Virus record (IMG/VR): IMGVR_UViG_3300020450_001133
Origin: a virus
Lineage: Duplodnaviria; Caudoviricetes
Direction: 5' to 3' (one strand)
Length of the DNA stretch: 64,000 nucleotides
A program made the position numbers and the translations under genes. Shown piece by piece: positions 37,501 to 45,697 of the stretch (position 1 is its first letter; each line of letters starts with the position of its first letter). The notes below the pieces were generated by a model. It searched no databases. It worked only from the letters and a program-made list of their open reading frames with translations, and was not told the DNA's origin.

Positions 37501-40500
37501 CATATTTGTCTGGGTTGTTTAAAGTTTTAAAATCTATTCCATACACAGAAGCAAACTTTTCAAACAACTTACCATAGTTTACTGCTCTCCAGTTTTGACT
37601 CATATTGCCAACTTTTTGATAAATTTGTAATAATTCACTTCCACTCACAGCATCTTCTAATGGTCCCCAATGAGCCGAAGGAACAACAAAAAACATGCCA
37701 GGTCTAGAACCTTTGTTTACCTTTGTTGCACCATCCACAACATCTTGCAACAATGTACGATTAGGCATCATAGGTGCACCTGAATCATCTTTTTGGTCTC
37801 CGTACTCATCTATCCATTCCATTATATTATCATAATCTGATTTTCTCATGTATGTAAAAGAATGTCCAGGTATGTTTATGGTAGCATACGAACTGTTACG
37901 AATTGTTTTCTTAAAGTTATCTCTGTCTTTGGTCAGTTGTTGCTTACGTTTAATTGAACTGTCTTGACTTGCAAATCCATTATCAACAAATATTTTATCT
38001 ATGCCTCTCATAAAGTCACTTAGACCTTTGAATCTGGATTTCAAAAGATTTTTTATTTCTTTAAATTTATAATAAGCCGGATAACGTTCTTTGTTTCTAT
38101 AATATGCACCTAAACATTCTCTAACTGTATCAGTAACAAAATCTTCTAGATTTGTAATTGTTCTTTTTGTTACATCACCTTGTACAATATCATCTAATAC
38201 ATTTTGAATGTTTTCATATTTGTAACTTCTAATACCAAGAAATGTTTGGTCATCTGTTTCCCCAAGCATATCCATAAAGTTTTCTTTGTCTTCATCTGAC
38301 ATGTTGGGTAAATCTTTTACTTCTTCTGGATCTATTCCAAATATATCTGCAAACTCAGTTCCTCCGTCTTCTGATTTATTTGTTTCATAAAATTTTTCAA
38401 TCAAAGGTACCATTAATTTTAGACTTTCTGTTGTTTTTGATTGGTCTGTGGCAAATTGTTGCTCAAGAAAATCAAATCTTCTTCTCAACAACATTGTATA
38501 TTTGCTTAATGCAACATCTTCATAACTGTCATCATCATATATGTTTGGATTGTGATTTCTATTTACAGGTTCACTGTAAGATTCAAACTGTTTTACAAAT
38601 TTTATAAAATTATTAAAACCTTCTTTGTTATAAATCATTCCTGGTTGTACAAAGAAAGGTCTGCTGTTGTATCCTTCAGTTGTTAAGTGATTATAAAAAT
38701 CATTAAACTGTCTCTTGCTACTTGCATCTTTGAAAAGATTTTTCATATTCTCTATGATTTCTTTCATATCGGCTTTTGAATCTTTGCCTGTGCGAACATC
38801 TATACCAAGTGTTGTAAGTTCTTTAAGTACAGTAGGATTAAAATCTTTATTGTTCATTACATTCCACATGCCTTTGACTGCAGATTCAACTTCAGGTGCA
38901 GAGATAAAGTCTGGTCTTGAAATTACTTCTCTTTGCAACATTTTGTTCAAACCTTCTCTCACCATTTCAATTCTGTTTTGAATTGTGAGATTTGCATCCA
39001 TTTGTAAATCATCTAACACTAATTTAATATTGTTGTCTAATTCTTTATCAGAGATACTTTCTTTTTTCATAAAGGTTCTTAAAGCACCGATACTTTTTGC
39101 ATTTGGTTGTTGTCTTGCAGTTCCTTTAGCAACATCTACAGCAACCATTCCAAGTGCTTCACTAAATTCTTTTACAGCCTCTCTTCTCATAGCACCAGCC
39201 TCTTTACTGGGCTGAGACGTTGATGGTTGGAAGTATGCTTTAATTGACCTACCGCTTCTTGCTCGATTTACTTTATCGATAATATCATCTTCTTCTTTGA
39301 CTTTGCCTCTTTTGGAGTATTTAATGCTGTTTAATGCTCTTTTTAAAGAACTATCATAATCATCTAAACTAGCATTTGTGTTTTCAATGAATTCCATCCA
39401 TTGTTTTTTCCATTTGATGTCTGCTTTAGGTTCTAATGATTGTCTAGCCTGTTTTAATTTTTCCATTGAATGTAGCATTTTTCTAGAAAAGTCTAAATAT
39501 TTTTTAGAACTAATCATTGCTTTTGTTATATCCAATATTGGATCGCTGGCAACATCTTCAAATTGGCCTTTGAGTTCATCTACTTCTTCTACATCACCTT
39601 GTGCAACGTCATTTGCTTTACGCAATAGTTTGGACAATGCTTTTACATAATCGCCTTCATATTGGTCTGTATGCCCAGCAATCATTGTGGTGGCATATCT
39701 TACTACTGCTTTGAATACTTTGTCGAAGTCTGTTTCGTAATCTTCTCCACCACCTATTCTAAACTCTATTAGATCCGTCATAGTTTTTCTATCCATTTGA
39801 CCTTTAAAATGTATTGCACGGAATTTGTCATCACTGATAGCCTTATCTAAGAATGCTTCTGCTTTTTTGATACCTTCAGTACCTGATTCTTGTTTAAGGT
39901 CACCAATTGCATTTTGTAATTCTTTGTATTGACTTTTGGTGTAAGTGTTACTGCCTCTTAAAAATTCATTTAATAAGTATTGGTCTCCTAACAACACAGC
40001 CATTTTAACTCTGTTCACTCCATTTTTACCAAGCCATTCATTGGCTTCCTCACCTTGTGCATCGTAACTCATTGTGACATGCAATCCAGTACTGTTGTTT
40101 GTTGATGCTCCTTCGCTTTGCAGGAACTCAAAAAACTTTTTCATTTCTGCTAACATTCTTCTTGGAGTACTAAACACTGGTGATATAATTTCTGCACCTG
40201 TTCCATATCCGTCAATACTGCTGTCTGACTCTACCGCATATTGTATTGTACTGCCACTGGTGTTACCATAGTCGCCACTTTCCACATGATCATCTGAAAA
40301 AGCACTATTTTCTCTGACAAATTTTGAAACAAGTTCGGCAACTTCACCTAAGTTGTTTCCATAACTGTAATCTATGCCCATGTCATCACAGAATGAACTC
40401 ATGCTGTACCATTGGTCATTGATCCAATCGTCATAATCATAATTACTTTCTGCATCTTCGTATGCACTTTGTCTTACATCATCGTCGTCTGCGGCTTGTT

Positions 40501-41518
40501 CTCCCAACCAGTCTCTCAAATCACCTTCACGTTCCATTTCTACATATTCTCTTGCCCAATTTTCATCTTCGTATCCATATAATTCGGAAAGTTCATCTAT
40601 GTCTTCATCATCAACTCTTTCACCGTATTCGCTTCTTAGTACTTCTTCTCTATAATCAGCCCAATCACTTTCGCTGATACCTGCATCATCTATAAAGTCA
40701 TTGATAACATCTTCATCATCTATGCGATTGTTTACCCAATCATCTATAGCATCTTCCATATATTCTTCTACTTTGTATTCATATAGCCAATCTGTATAAC
40801 TTTCACTAATACTATCCCAATCAACTCCACCATATTGGTCATCTATTTCACTTAATGTTAGATTGTCAACATCATCAGTATCACCTTCTATGTTTTCCCA
40901 AATAGTTTCTGCCTCCCAACCACAACGTATTTGTGCATCAAGAGAACTGTTTACAACTTCTTTTCTATTAAAGTTTATTTCAAATAATTTTTGTTCTGAT
41001 TCTTTTAAACCAAGTTTGGCTAATCTTTTAATTTTTTTCCTGCTATCTTTGATGTGTGCTTTAACTTTGTTTGCTGATTTTTGAGATAGTTTTTTAACTT
41101 TTTCACTTTCTTCTAAATCAACAAATACATCATCTTTAGGATCTACAATCTTGTATTCTCCTTTAGGATCCTGCACAACTACTTTGTCTGGTTGTGGTCT
41201 GTCACCTAGTTTGCTTACTACTTTACCTGCAACTTCACCTTTGTCATCTTTGAATTCTGCATCTACATCTAGTTCACCTGCCTTTTTGGCAACTGGTTGA
41301 GGTGTTTCGGGTTGTTCTGGTTCTACTTTGAGTCCTGGACTTGTTGTAGGACTGCCTAAATCTTTTTTAGGAGTTGTTTTTTGAGTTGTTGGACTAGTCT
41401 TTTTGTTTGCTTTTGCACTAGCACCTGTTTGTTGTGCAGATGTTGGTGTACTGGCACCTGATGACATGCCATATTCCAGTAGTACACTTTCTAACGTTCT
41501 AACATCTTTTGCTTTCAT
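34520..41518 (-). CDS. 2332-aa mosaic protein: amidoligase-like domain, basic modules, C-terminal PD-(D/E)XK-like domain
   Basis: CGWEAE, ESDSSI..GAEIISP, STGLHVTM, KFRAIH, IEFRIGG (COOH-NH2 ligase-like); GPGE..GDL..VELK near the C-terminus. Confidence 0.7.
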   Translation of the reverse strand: MKAKDVRTLESVLLEYGMSSGASTPTSAQQTGASAKANKKTSPTTQKTTPKKDLGSPTTSPGLKVEPEQPETPQPVAKKAGELDVDAEFKDDKGEVAGKVVSKLGDRPQPDKVVVQDPKGEYKIVDPKDDVFVDLEESEKVKKLSQKSANKVKAHIKDSRKKIKRLAKLGLKESEQKLFEINFNRKEVVNSSLDAQIRCGWEAETIWENIEGDTDDVDNLTLSEIDDQYGGVDWDSISESYTDWLYEYKVEEYMEDAIDDWVNNRIDDEDVINDFIDDAGISESDWADYREEVLRSEYGERVDDEDIDELSELYGYEDENWAREYVEMEREGDLRDWLGEQAADDDDVRQSAYEDAESNYDYDDWINDQWYSMSSFCDDMGIDYSYGNNLGEVAELVSKFVRENSAFSDDHVESGDYGNTSGSTIQYAVESDSSIDGYGTGAEIISPVFSTPRRMLAEMKKFFEFLQSEGASTNNSTGLHVTMSYDAQGEEANEWLGKNGVNRVKMAVLLGDQYLLNEFLRGSNTYTKSQYKELQNAIGDLKQESGTEGIKKAEAFLDKAISDDKFRAIHFKGQMDRKTMTDLIEFRIGGGEDYETDFDKVFKAVVRYATTMIAGHTDQYEGDYVKALSKLLRKANDVAQGDVEEVDELKGQFEDVASDPILDITKAMISSKKYLDFSRKMLHSMEKLKQARQSLEPKADIKWKKQWMEFIENTNASLDDYDSSLKRALNSIKYSKRGKVKEEDDIIDKVNRARSGRSIKAYFQPSTSQPSKEAGAMRREAVKEFSEALGMVAVDVAKGTARQQPNAKSIGALRTFMKKESISDKELDNNIKLVLDDLQMDANLTIQNRIEMVREGLNKMLQREVISRPDFISAPEVESAVKGMWNVMNNKDFNPTVLKELTTLGIDVRTGKDSKADMKEIIENMKNLFKDASSKRQFNDFYNHLTTEGYNSRPFFVQPGMIYNKEGFNNFIKFVKQFESYSEPVNRNHNPNIYDDDSYEDVALSKYTMLLRRRFDFLEQQFATDQSKTTESLKLMVPLIEKFYETNKSEDGGTEFADIFGIDPEEVKDLPNMSDEDKENFMDMLGETDDQTFLGIRSYKYENIQNVLDDIVQGDVTKRTITNLEDFVTDTVRECLGAYYRNKERYPAYYKFKEIKNLLKSRFKGLSDFMRGIDKIFVDNGFASQDSSIKRKQQLTKDRDNFKKTIRNSSYATINIPGHSFTYMRKSDYDNIMEWIDEYGDQKDDSGAPMMPNRTLLQDVVDGATKVNKGSRPGMFFVVPSAHWGPLEDAVSGSELLQIYQKVGNMSQNWRAVNYGKLFEKFASVYGIDFKTLNNPDKYVSLDGEDRRKISKSFRIEFTGKLDGRAGMGDVEELIPTEELKNKYSGEPLNRSSAASWTIQNDDKLSSAYDWVKYHGKDADKIKNKVNDLVINKGMGFYKAIQTVMEQTPKGIRVIDNKRIIDAGGVEHMQGDASNTIQDAVNWTNLADFFKIERGVDNQGPNILEKVARNFDGNHEWRPEPEPNVVGMERWVASVKAAAEYIKMNYMVSAGNYFRKNPDGSPGDDVGSIYGDSGSAPPPSRRGRADDEADGVGITYLSTDEVTEQDYADMREKYIEFNTMMQDGIGYHILRPEVSDLVGFLKNPRNDEDFKKAVMRKLLIDKEEANSQLPRTFQDALAKGRQYLAQNESVFDRFDKLPLEEQLLIINESTVLEKWSKKYKDSINCSNPKGFSQKAHCAGKKKNEGKRIPRKKGQPAGSKKHSDLYTDENPKGTIKGLKFATVKDAKASVSKIRSSGKKHAHKIQAAVAMEQRAKAAGKKSAAAVYRTFINQMKKKTEKMNERPLTKGEKSDKEKYVKGMKKSKGDFEKRYGKDAKAVMYATATKMAKEGLDESTNDFDRIEIINKILADHFPVGDLKKQMLAFQAIPMPEMLNAFRELTAQGGKDACARGIVRHFVNALPDHMKEKIDLNEWSKQHVAKLLKEYKDIGAEKDNIIKTISGLDATNEEHADLLDRIYKLLNSEDIGKTLDKAFSYPLMDEPFSDKQKEKVIQDITRIISTLDSDYATMSQFIERLEKTGTVVNIGELDKPLNTFANVFGDDISTKAFRALTSYGVGVNQKGPGEYGLACLSNKIKLASGEGDLEIEGIGKVELKAATSSTGGRIGYGGGSQKAKQAVIEKYAERIPTVMGAIGGVGGSLGFTKFINGLNADLPPTDPNNQKLRRQIAEDLFRMDMEEFALPICDVIAKDASAENIENAYLRQNFLWYKDRDDFDALLLISIPNQKTAMIKNENDLIAFRRSGHAMATSISIIPTQAGAGREQWAQLSLKKGTV

Positions 41519-41522
41519 ACGT

Positions 41523-41804
41523 TTATCTTCTATTAAGTTGTCTTAATCTTCTAGCCGCTGGATTCATTCTTTTAGTTCTTTGGCTAATTCTACTAAGACG
41601 TTTACCCATTCTGGCTTTAGTTCTTTTTAGTACCATACGTTTTTTCATATTAATAGGTGCAGTACATTGTGATGGTTTACTCACAACTCTACCTTTACGC
41701 CTACCGCTTGTACAACGAACAGCACGTTTAATTTTTTTACCCATTCTACGCCAGACCATTCTGGCTTCGGTAATTTGTTCTTCTGTTATATCACTAATTA
41801 ACAT
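41523..41804 (-). CDS. Small, highly basic protein
   Basis: R/K-rich after MLISDITEEQITE; likely nucleic-acid binding (inference). Confidence 0.65.
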   Translation of the reverse strand: MLISDITEEQITEARMVWRRMGKKIKRAVRCTSGRRKGRVVSKPSQCTAPINMKKRMVLKRTKARMGKRLSRISQRTKRMNPAARRLRQLNRR

Positions 41805-41805
41805 T

Positions 41806-42054
41806 TTATCCCATCATGTTTACTAATAAACCAACAACCAGTGCAATCAAAGTAGTAAAACTTGTTCCTACAATAGCAATAAGCCAATTTTCCATTTTGT
41901 CTAAACGTCTTTTTGTATCATCTTTGAATTCACGTAATTCAGTAGTAATACTTTCAATACGCAACATGTCAGCAATTATGTGTGCTTCTAAATTATTAGA
42001 TTCTGCATACACCTGCTTTTCAACTGGTTTCTTTTCTGGTTCAGGTTTCTTCAT
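41806..42054 (-). CDS. Coiled-coil protein with C-terminal transmembrane helix
   Basis: Heptad region ELREFKDDTKRRLDKMEN followed by a hydrophobic tail. Confidence 0.6.
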   Translation of the reverse strand: MKKPEPEKKPVEKQVYAESNNLEAHIIADMLRIESITTELREFKDDTKRRLDKMENWLIAIVGTSFTTLIALVVGLLVNMMG

Positions 42055-42055
42055 C

Positions 42056-42460
42056 TTATAATAAATCCTGTTTAGTAAATTCCATATTTATGGAACCTGT
42101 AGTATCTATGGTGCCTGCATTAAGCACTACACCATTTAATTCATCTTTAAGTGTGTCTACTGTATGGGCATTAGGAGTTTCTGTAGCAAATTTAAAAATA
42201 AAACCTGCTCCAGTTAATGTAGGTGCACCAAAATTTTCTAATTTGTTTGTACCTACTCCATTTAGTTGTACTGGATTATTCATCACAGTTGGCATTGCCC
42301 TCATTCCTATTACTTGTACAACACTTTCGAAATCTTTTTGACTGTTATCTGCAAAATTTCCAGATGCTGTTATGTCTAAAGTAGTGAACAAAGTAAAAAA
42401 CTCAATGTTACCTGTTAATACTTCTACGGATGCCATTGCTCCGCTTCTTGTTCCCACCAT
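42056..42460 (-). CDS. Probable small virion protein
   Basis: Start MVGTRSG at 42460 after an AGGAG SD; T/G/N-rich; own ATAAATA motif upstream. Confidence 0.55.
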   Translation of the reverse strand: MVGTRSGAMASVEVLTGNIEFFTLFTTLDITASGNFADNSQKDFESVVQVIGMRAMPTVMNNPVQLNGVGTNKLENFGAPTLTGAGFIFKFATETPNAHTVDTLKDELNGVVLNAGTIDTTGSINMEFTKQDLL

Positions 42461-42516
42461 ACTGTCTCCTGTGTATGTAATAACTGTATTTATCACTTTG
42501 TACAGATTAATAAGTC

Positions 42517-42548
42517 AAAAAAAATCCCCACACAAGGCGGGGATTTTT
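42517..42548 (-). terminator. Rho-independent terminator
   Basis: ATCCCCGC-CTTGT-GTGGGGAT stem-loop followed by a T-run on the minus strand. Confidence 0.85.
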
Positions 42549-42568
42549 CAAAGTTTAAAACTTTTAGG

Positions 42569-42901
42569 TTACACTACTCTGTATTCACCTGCAGTTACCG
42601 TTGCGTTTGCTCCGTTACCTGTAAGCATTGGTTGAATAGCCGCTAGTAATCTAGCCGCGGTAGGTGAACCTTCAACACCAACATGCATTACTGTCGCAGA
42701 AATGCTGTTAATAAGTACTGGAGTACAAATTGTTGATATACCTTGAACAACTAATTCACCTTTTTGAGCCGCTCCACCTGAGAACCCAAATTGGCTAATG
42801 TTGTCAGTACCATCTACTTCATCAATAATGAAGTGACTTAAAGTACCAACCATAAGTTGACTGTTATCAAGAACTGCACCATTCACTCTTGTTTGTGCCA
42901 T
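42569..42901 (-). CDS. Probable abundant virion protein (decoration-like)
   Basis: MAQTRVNG start, strong SD, own late-like promoter and terminator. Confidence 0.55.
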   Translation of the reverse strand: MAQTRVNGAVLDNSQLMVGTLSHFIIDEVDGTDNISQFGFSGGAAQKGELVVQGISTICTPVLINSISATVMHVGVEGSPTAARLLAAIQPMLTGNGANATVTAGEYRVV

Positions 42902-42923
42902 GATAGTCTCCTACTGTTTTTTT

Positions 42924-42985
42924 ACATGTTCGTGGTCTCTAAACCACCACCGTTTTAAGAACATGCTTTGGATACAAGTATTTAT
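42924..42985 (-). promoter_or_regulatory. ATAAATA motif plus structured 5' leader
   Basis: ATAAATA at 42985-42979; hairpin GCATGTTC..GTGGT..ACCAC-GAACATGT (42966-42924) upstream of AGGAG. Confidence 0.5.
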
Positions 42986-43025
42986 CGATTATTTTTGGAA
43001 TTTAAAGTATAGTAAAAATGTAATA

Positions 43026-43622
43026 CTATTTGCCTTTTCTTGTAAAGTTAAAAGATTTTTTAGTTTGAGGTGCTAAATCTCTAATCTTTTTAACTGCACC
43101 AGAAATATCATCTATAGTATCTCTTGTTGCTTTTGCAACTTTGCCAGGACTTTTAAGTTTTCTCAAAGGTCCTATATCTTTGAAACGTTTTGCTATGCCG
43201 ACTTTGTCTTTTTTGGGTTTGGCTTCTGGTTCTACAGTTGTACCATAGTATCTGTCGTGTTTTAGGCTTCTACCAATAGCATCTTTTCTACTTCTAGAAT
43301 CATCATCTGAATCTTTTGTTGATGAAGATTTCATTTTATCAGGGTCAATTCCAGGTGTACTGCGTTTAAATCCAAACTCTGATTTCATTCTATCTTTTAA
43401 TTCTGGATGTAATTCTTCAATAGCCAAATCCACAGCCAAACCTGGTGTCATACTTGGTCCACCTGTTGTGTATAAACCTTTTGCTTTTTGTACTACTCTG
43501 GGTGTGTCTACATTTTCCCAGCCAGGTCTTCTTCTGCCCACAGGTCCAATTTTGTCTTCAATTTCTTGCATGACAATATCGTTTACATTTTGTTCGACTA
43601 TGACTATATCTGCTATTTTCAT
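43026..43622 (-). CDS. Hypothetical protein with capsid-targeting-like N-terminus
   Basis: MKIADIVIVE; preceded by ATAAATA-TTAAC-ATG; basic C-terminal half. Confidence 0.65.
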   Translation of the reverse strand: MKIADIVIVEQNVNDIVMQEIEDKIGPVGRRRPGWENVDTPRVVQKAKGLYTTGGPSMTPGLAVDLAIEELHPELKDRMKSEFGFKRSTPGIDPDKMKSSSTKDSDDDSRSRKDAIGRSLKHDRYYGTTVEPEAKPKKDKVGIAKRFKDIGPLRKLKSPGKVAKATRDTIDDISGAVKKIRDLAPQTKKSFNFTRKGK

Positions 43623-43634
43623 GTTAATATTTAT

Positions 43635-44402
43635 CTATAATTTTTTTCTACCACTTGCCCAATAACCTGCTATTGCGCCAATTCCTGCACCTGTTTTAGA
43701 ACCTAACTTTCCTTTGGTAAGTTTTGGTAATACTTTACTTCCTACATAAGCACCACCAACTGTTGCGGCGGCTCTTTTCAATGTATCTGATTTACGTTTA
43801 GGCTCTTTGTATGCTCTTGTAGTTTTCATTGCCACTATGTGTTGGAAAACTTCACTAGGTCTGGCTTTTATTCTCATGCGTTGCATAATTTTTGCCACTA
43901 CCATTTGCTTTTGTGCATACTTTAAATCACTCCAATCAACAATTAAACGTCTAAATAATCTATATTGTGATTCTTTAATATCTAATTGACGTTCTAGTCT
44001 TATTAAAAATGAACTAATTTCACTTCTACTTGGAGTTGTTTGTCCTAACTTTCTTAAAAAATTAAAATGCTGTCTATTGTTAAATTGCAATTTGTCTAAG
44101 AACTTTCTATCTTTTCCACTTATTTTTAAACTTGTATTGTCTGAATACTTTATTGCATAAGCCAACATGTAGATATCTGTTGCATGTGTTCTAAACAAAG
44201 CATAAGGTCCATATGCAGTACTCTTTCTAGCATAAGCAACACCGTAATCCTGTTGTTCTTTATCTTTTGTAAACATTATTACACTTAATGTTTGCAGATA
44301 TAATAAGTCAGCAATATCTCTACCTGAAAGTCGTGCAAAGTTTCCTGTGTATCTATACAGTTTGCTTTCACTTAAATCTTGGTCTATTAATTGAAAATCC
44401 AT
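43635..44402 (-). CDS. Hypothetical protein with C-terminal glycine zipper
   Basis: AATVGGAYVG..GAGIGAIAG. Confidence 0.65.
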   Translation of the reverse strand: MDFQLIDQDLSESKLYRYTGNFARLSGRDIADLLYLQTLSVIMFTKDKEQQDYGVAYARKSTAYGPYALFRTHATDIYMLAYAIKYSDNTSLKISGKDRKFLDKLQFNNRQHFNFLRKLGQTTPSRSEISSFLIRLERQLDIKESQYRLFRRLIVDWSDLKYAQKQMVVAKIMQRMRIKARPSEVFQHIVAMKTTRAYKEPKRKSDTLKRAAATVGGAYVGSKVLPKLTKGKLGSKTGAGIGAIAGYWASGRKKL

Positions 44403-45697
44403 TATGCTCCTGGCATTCCTGTTTGGAAATTTTGCCTACTAAATTCTAATCTGTCTACTAATTTTAATGCATTACCTAATCTGTCTACTGCAACAAAACC
44501 TTCTTCTCCTGTTACTTCGTAACCCTTTTCGCTTTTAATAAAAGTAGGTATTTGTTGTAACGTTCCTAGTTTATTTAACAATTTAACTTTTGCTTCTATA
44601 ATTTTAAGATATAAATCATATACTGCTACAATACCTTCAACATGCTCTTTGATAAATCTTACACCTTGAACCATAAGGTCTGTTTTTTTATCTTTAGTTG
44701 CTTGAGTTTTTACTTTGTCTATTTCTTTTGTCATAAAGTCTATGTATTTTTGTACAAAACTTTGTGCAAACTTTGTAGGGTTTTGTTCAAACCCGCCTGC
44801 TCTTATGGCATTGTTTACATGTGCTTTTAATTGTTGTAAGAAATCTTTGCCAATTAAATCGTTGCCTTTTTCAAGCCAACTAAATGTTTCATTGTCTATG
44901 CTTTTTAAGTATGTGTCTGCATCTTTAATTGCTTGTAATACATCTGCACTTTCATCACTTGTAAGTGTAACTGTACCACTTAAATCTTTTATTGTGGCGT
45001 CTCTGTGCCACACACCGTTTGCTTGTCCTAACACACTACTGTCAAAACCAAATTTAGCAGTTGTGTCTGCAAGTGTAGGTCCTCCTACATATTCTGTATG
45101 CCACACAATACCAAAACTTGCACTTGAAATTTGTTTTTCTAAATCGCTGTCTTTTGGTATTGCATAAGTTATTGTGTTAGGTTTGAATGCAATATAGTTA
45201 TCTCCGTCTATTGCAACTGATTCTATATCTTCTGGTCCTGCAAACAACATGTCTCCTTGTGCAACTGTATTCCAATTTAATTTACTTAGATAGTTTAATG
45301 CAAGTTTAAGTTTCTTTCTTAATCCACTACCGTCTTTATCACCTACATCTGCATGATTAATATCTATGTCTTTTTCAGTAAAATTTATTTTTGCCTTTTT
45401 GGCAAATACACCTTTTGTACCTACAAAAAATTTACCTGTTTCAGGATCTTTACCTGCCACAATGGCTGGTGCTCCATCCCATTTTGTTGTCATGCTTACT
45501 GATTCTTTTGAACTGCCTTCTAGCATTTGATGTAAACTGTAAAGATAGTTTACTGCTTCTTTGGCTCCTGCAAAACCTTTATTAAAAATATTATCTTCTA
45601 AATGTTCTAGATGAGTATTTTTACCTTCTGCTTCAAGTATTAAACTTTCAGAAAGTATTTGTGTTATTAGAGGTTTTGATATTTCTAAAAATTTCAT
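44402..45697 (-). CDS. DUF6267-like phage protein with a ligase-like KxDG motif
   Basis: KNTHLEHLED, TTKWDGAPAI, FFVGTKGVF, EGFV..LKLVDRLEFSR. Confidence 0.7.
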   Translation of the reverse strand: MKFLEISKPLITQILSESLILEAEGKNTHLEHLEDNIFNKGFAGAKEAVNYLYSLHQMLEGSSKESVSMTTKWDGAPAIVAGKDPETGKFFVGTKGVFAKKAKINFTEKDIDINHADVGDKDGSGLRKKLKLALNYLSKLNWNTVAQGDMLFAGPEDIESVAIDGDNYIAFKPNTITYAIPKDSDLEKQISSASFGIVWHTEYVGGPTLADTTAKFGFDSSVLGQANGVWHRDATIKDLSGTVTLTSDESADVLQAIKDADTYLKSIDNETFSWLEKGNDLIGKDFLQQLKAHVNNAIRAGGFEQNPTKFAQSFVQKYIDFMTKEIDKVKTQATKDKKTDLMVQGVRFIKEHVEGIVAVYDLYLKIIEAKVKLLNKLGTLQQIPTFIKSEKGYEVTGEEGFVAVDRLGNALKLVDRLEFSRQNFQTGMPGA

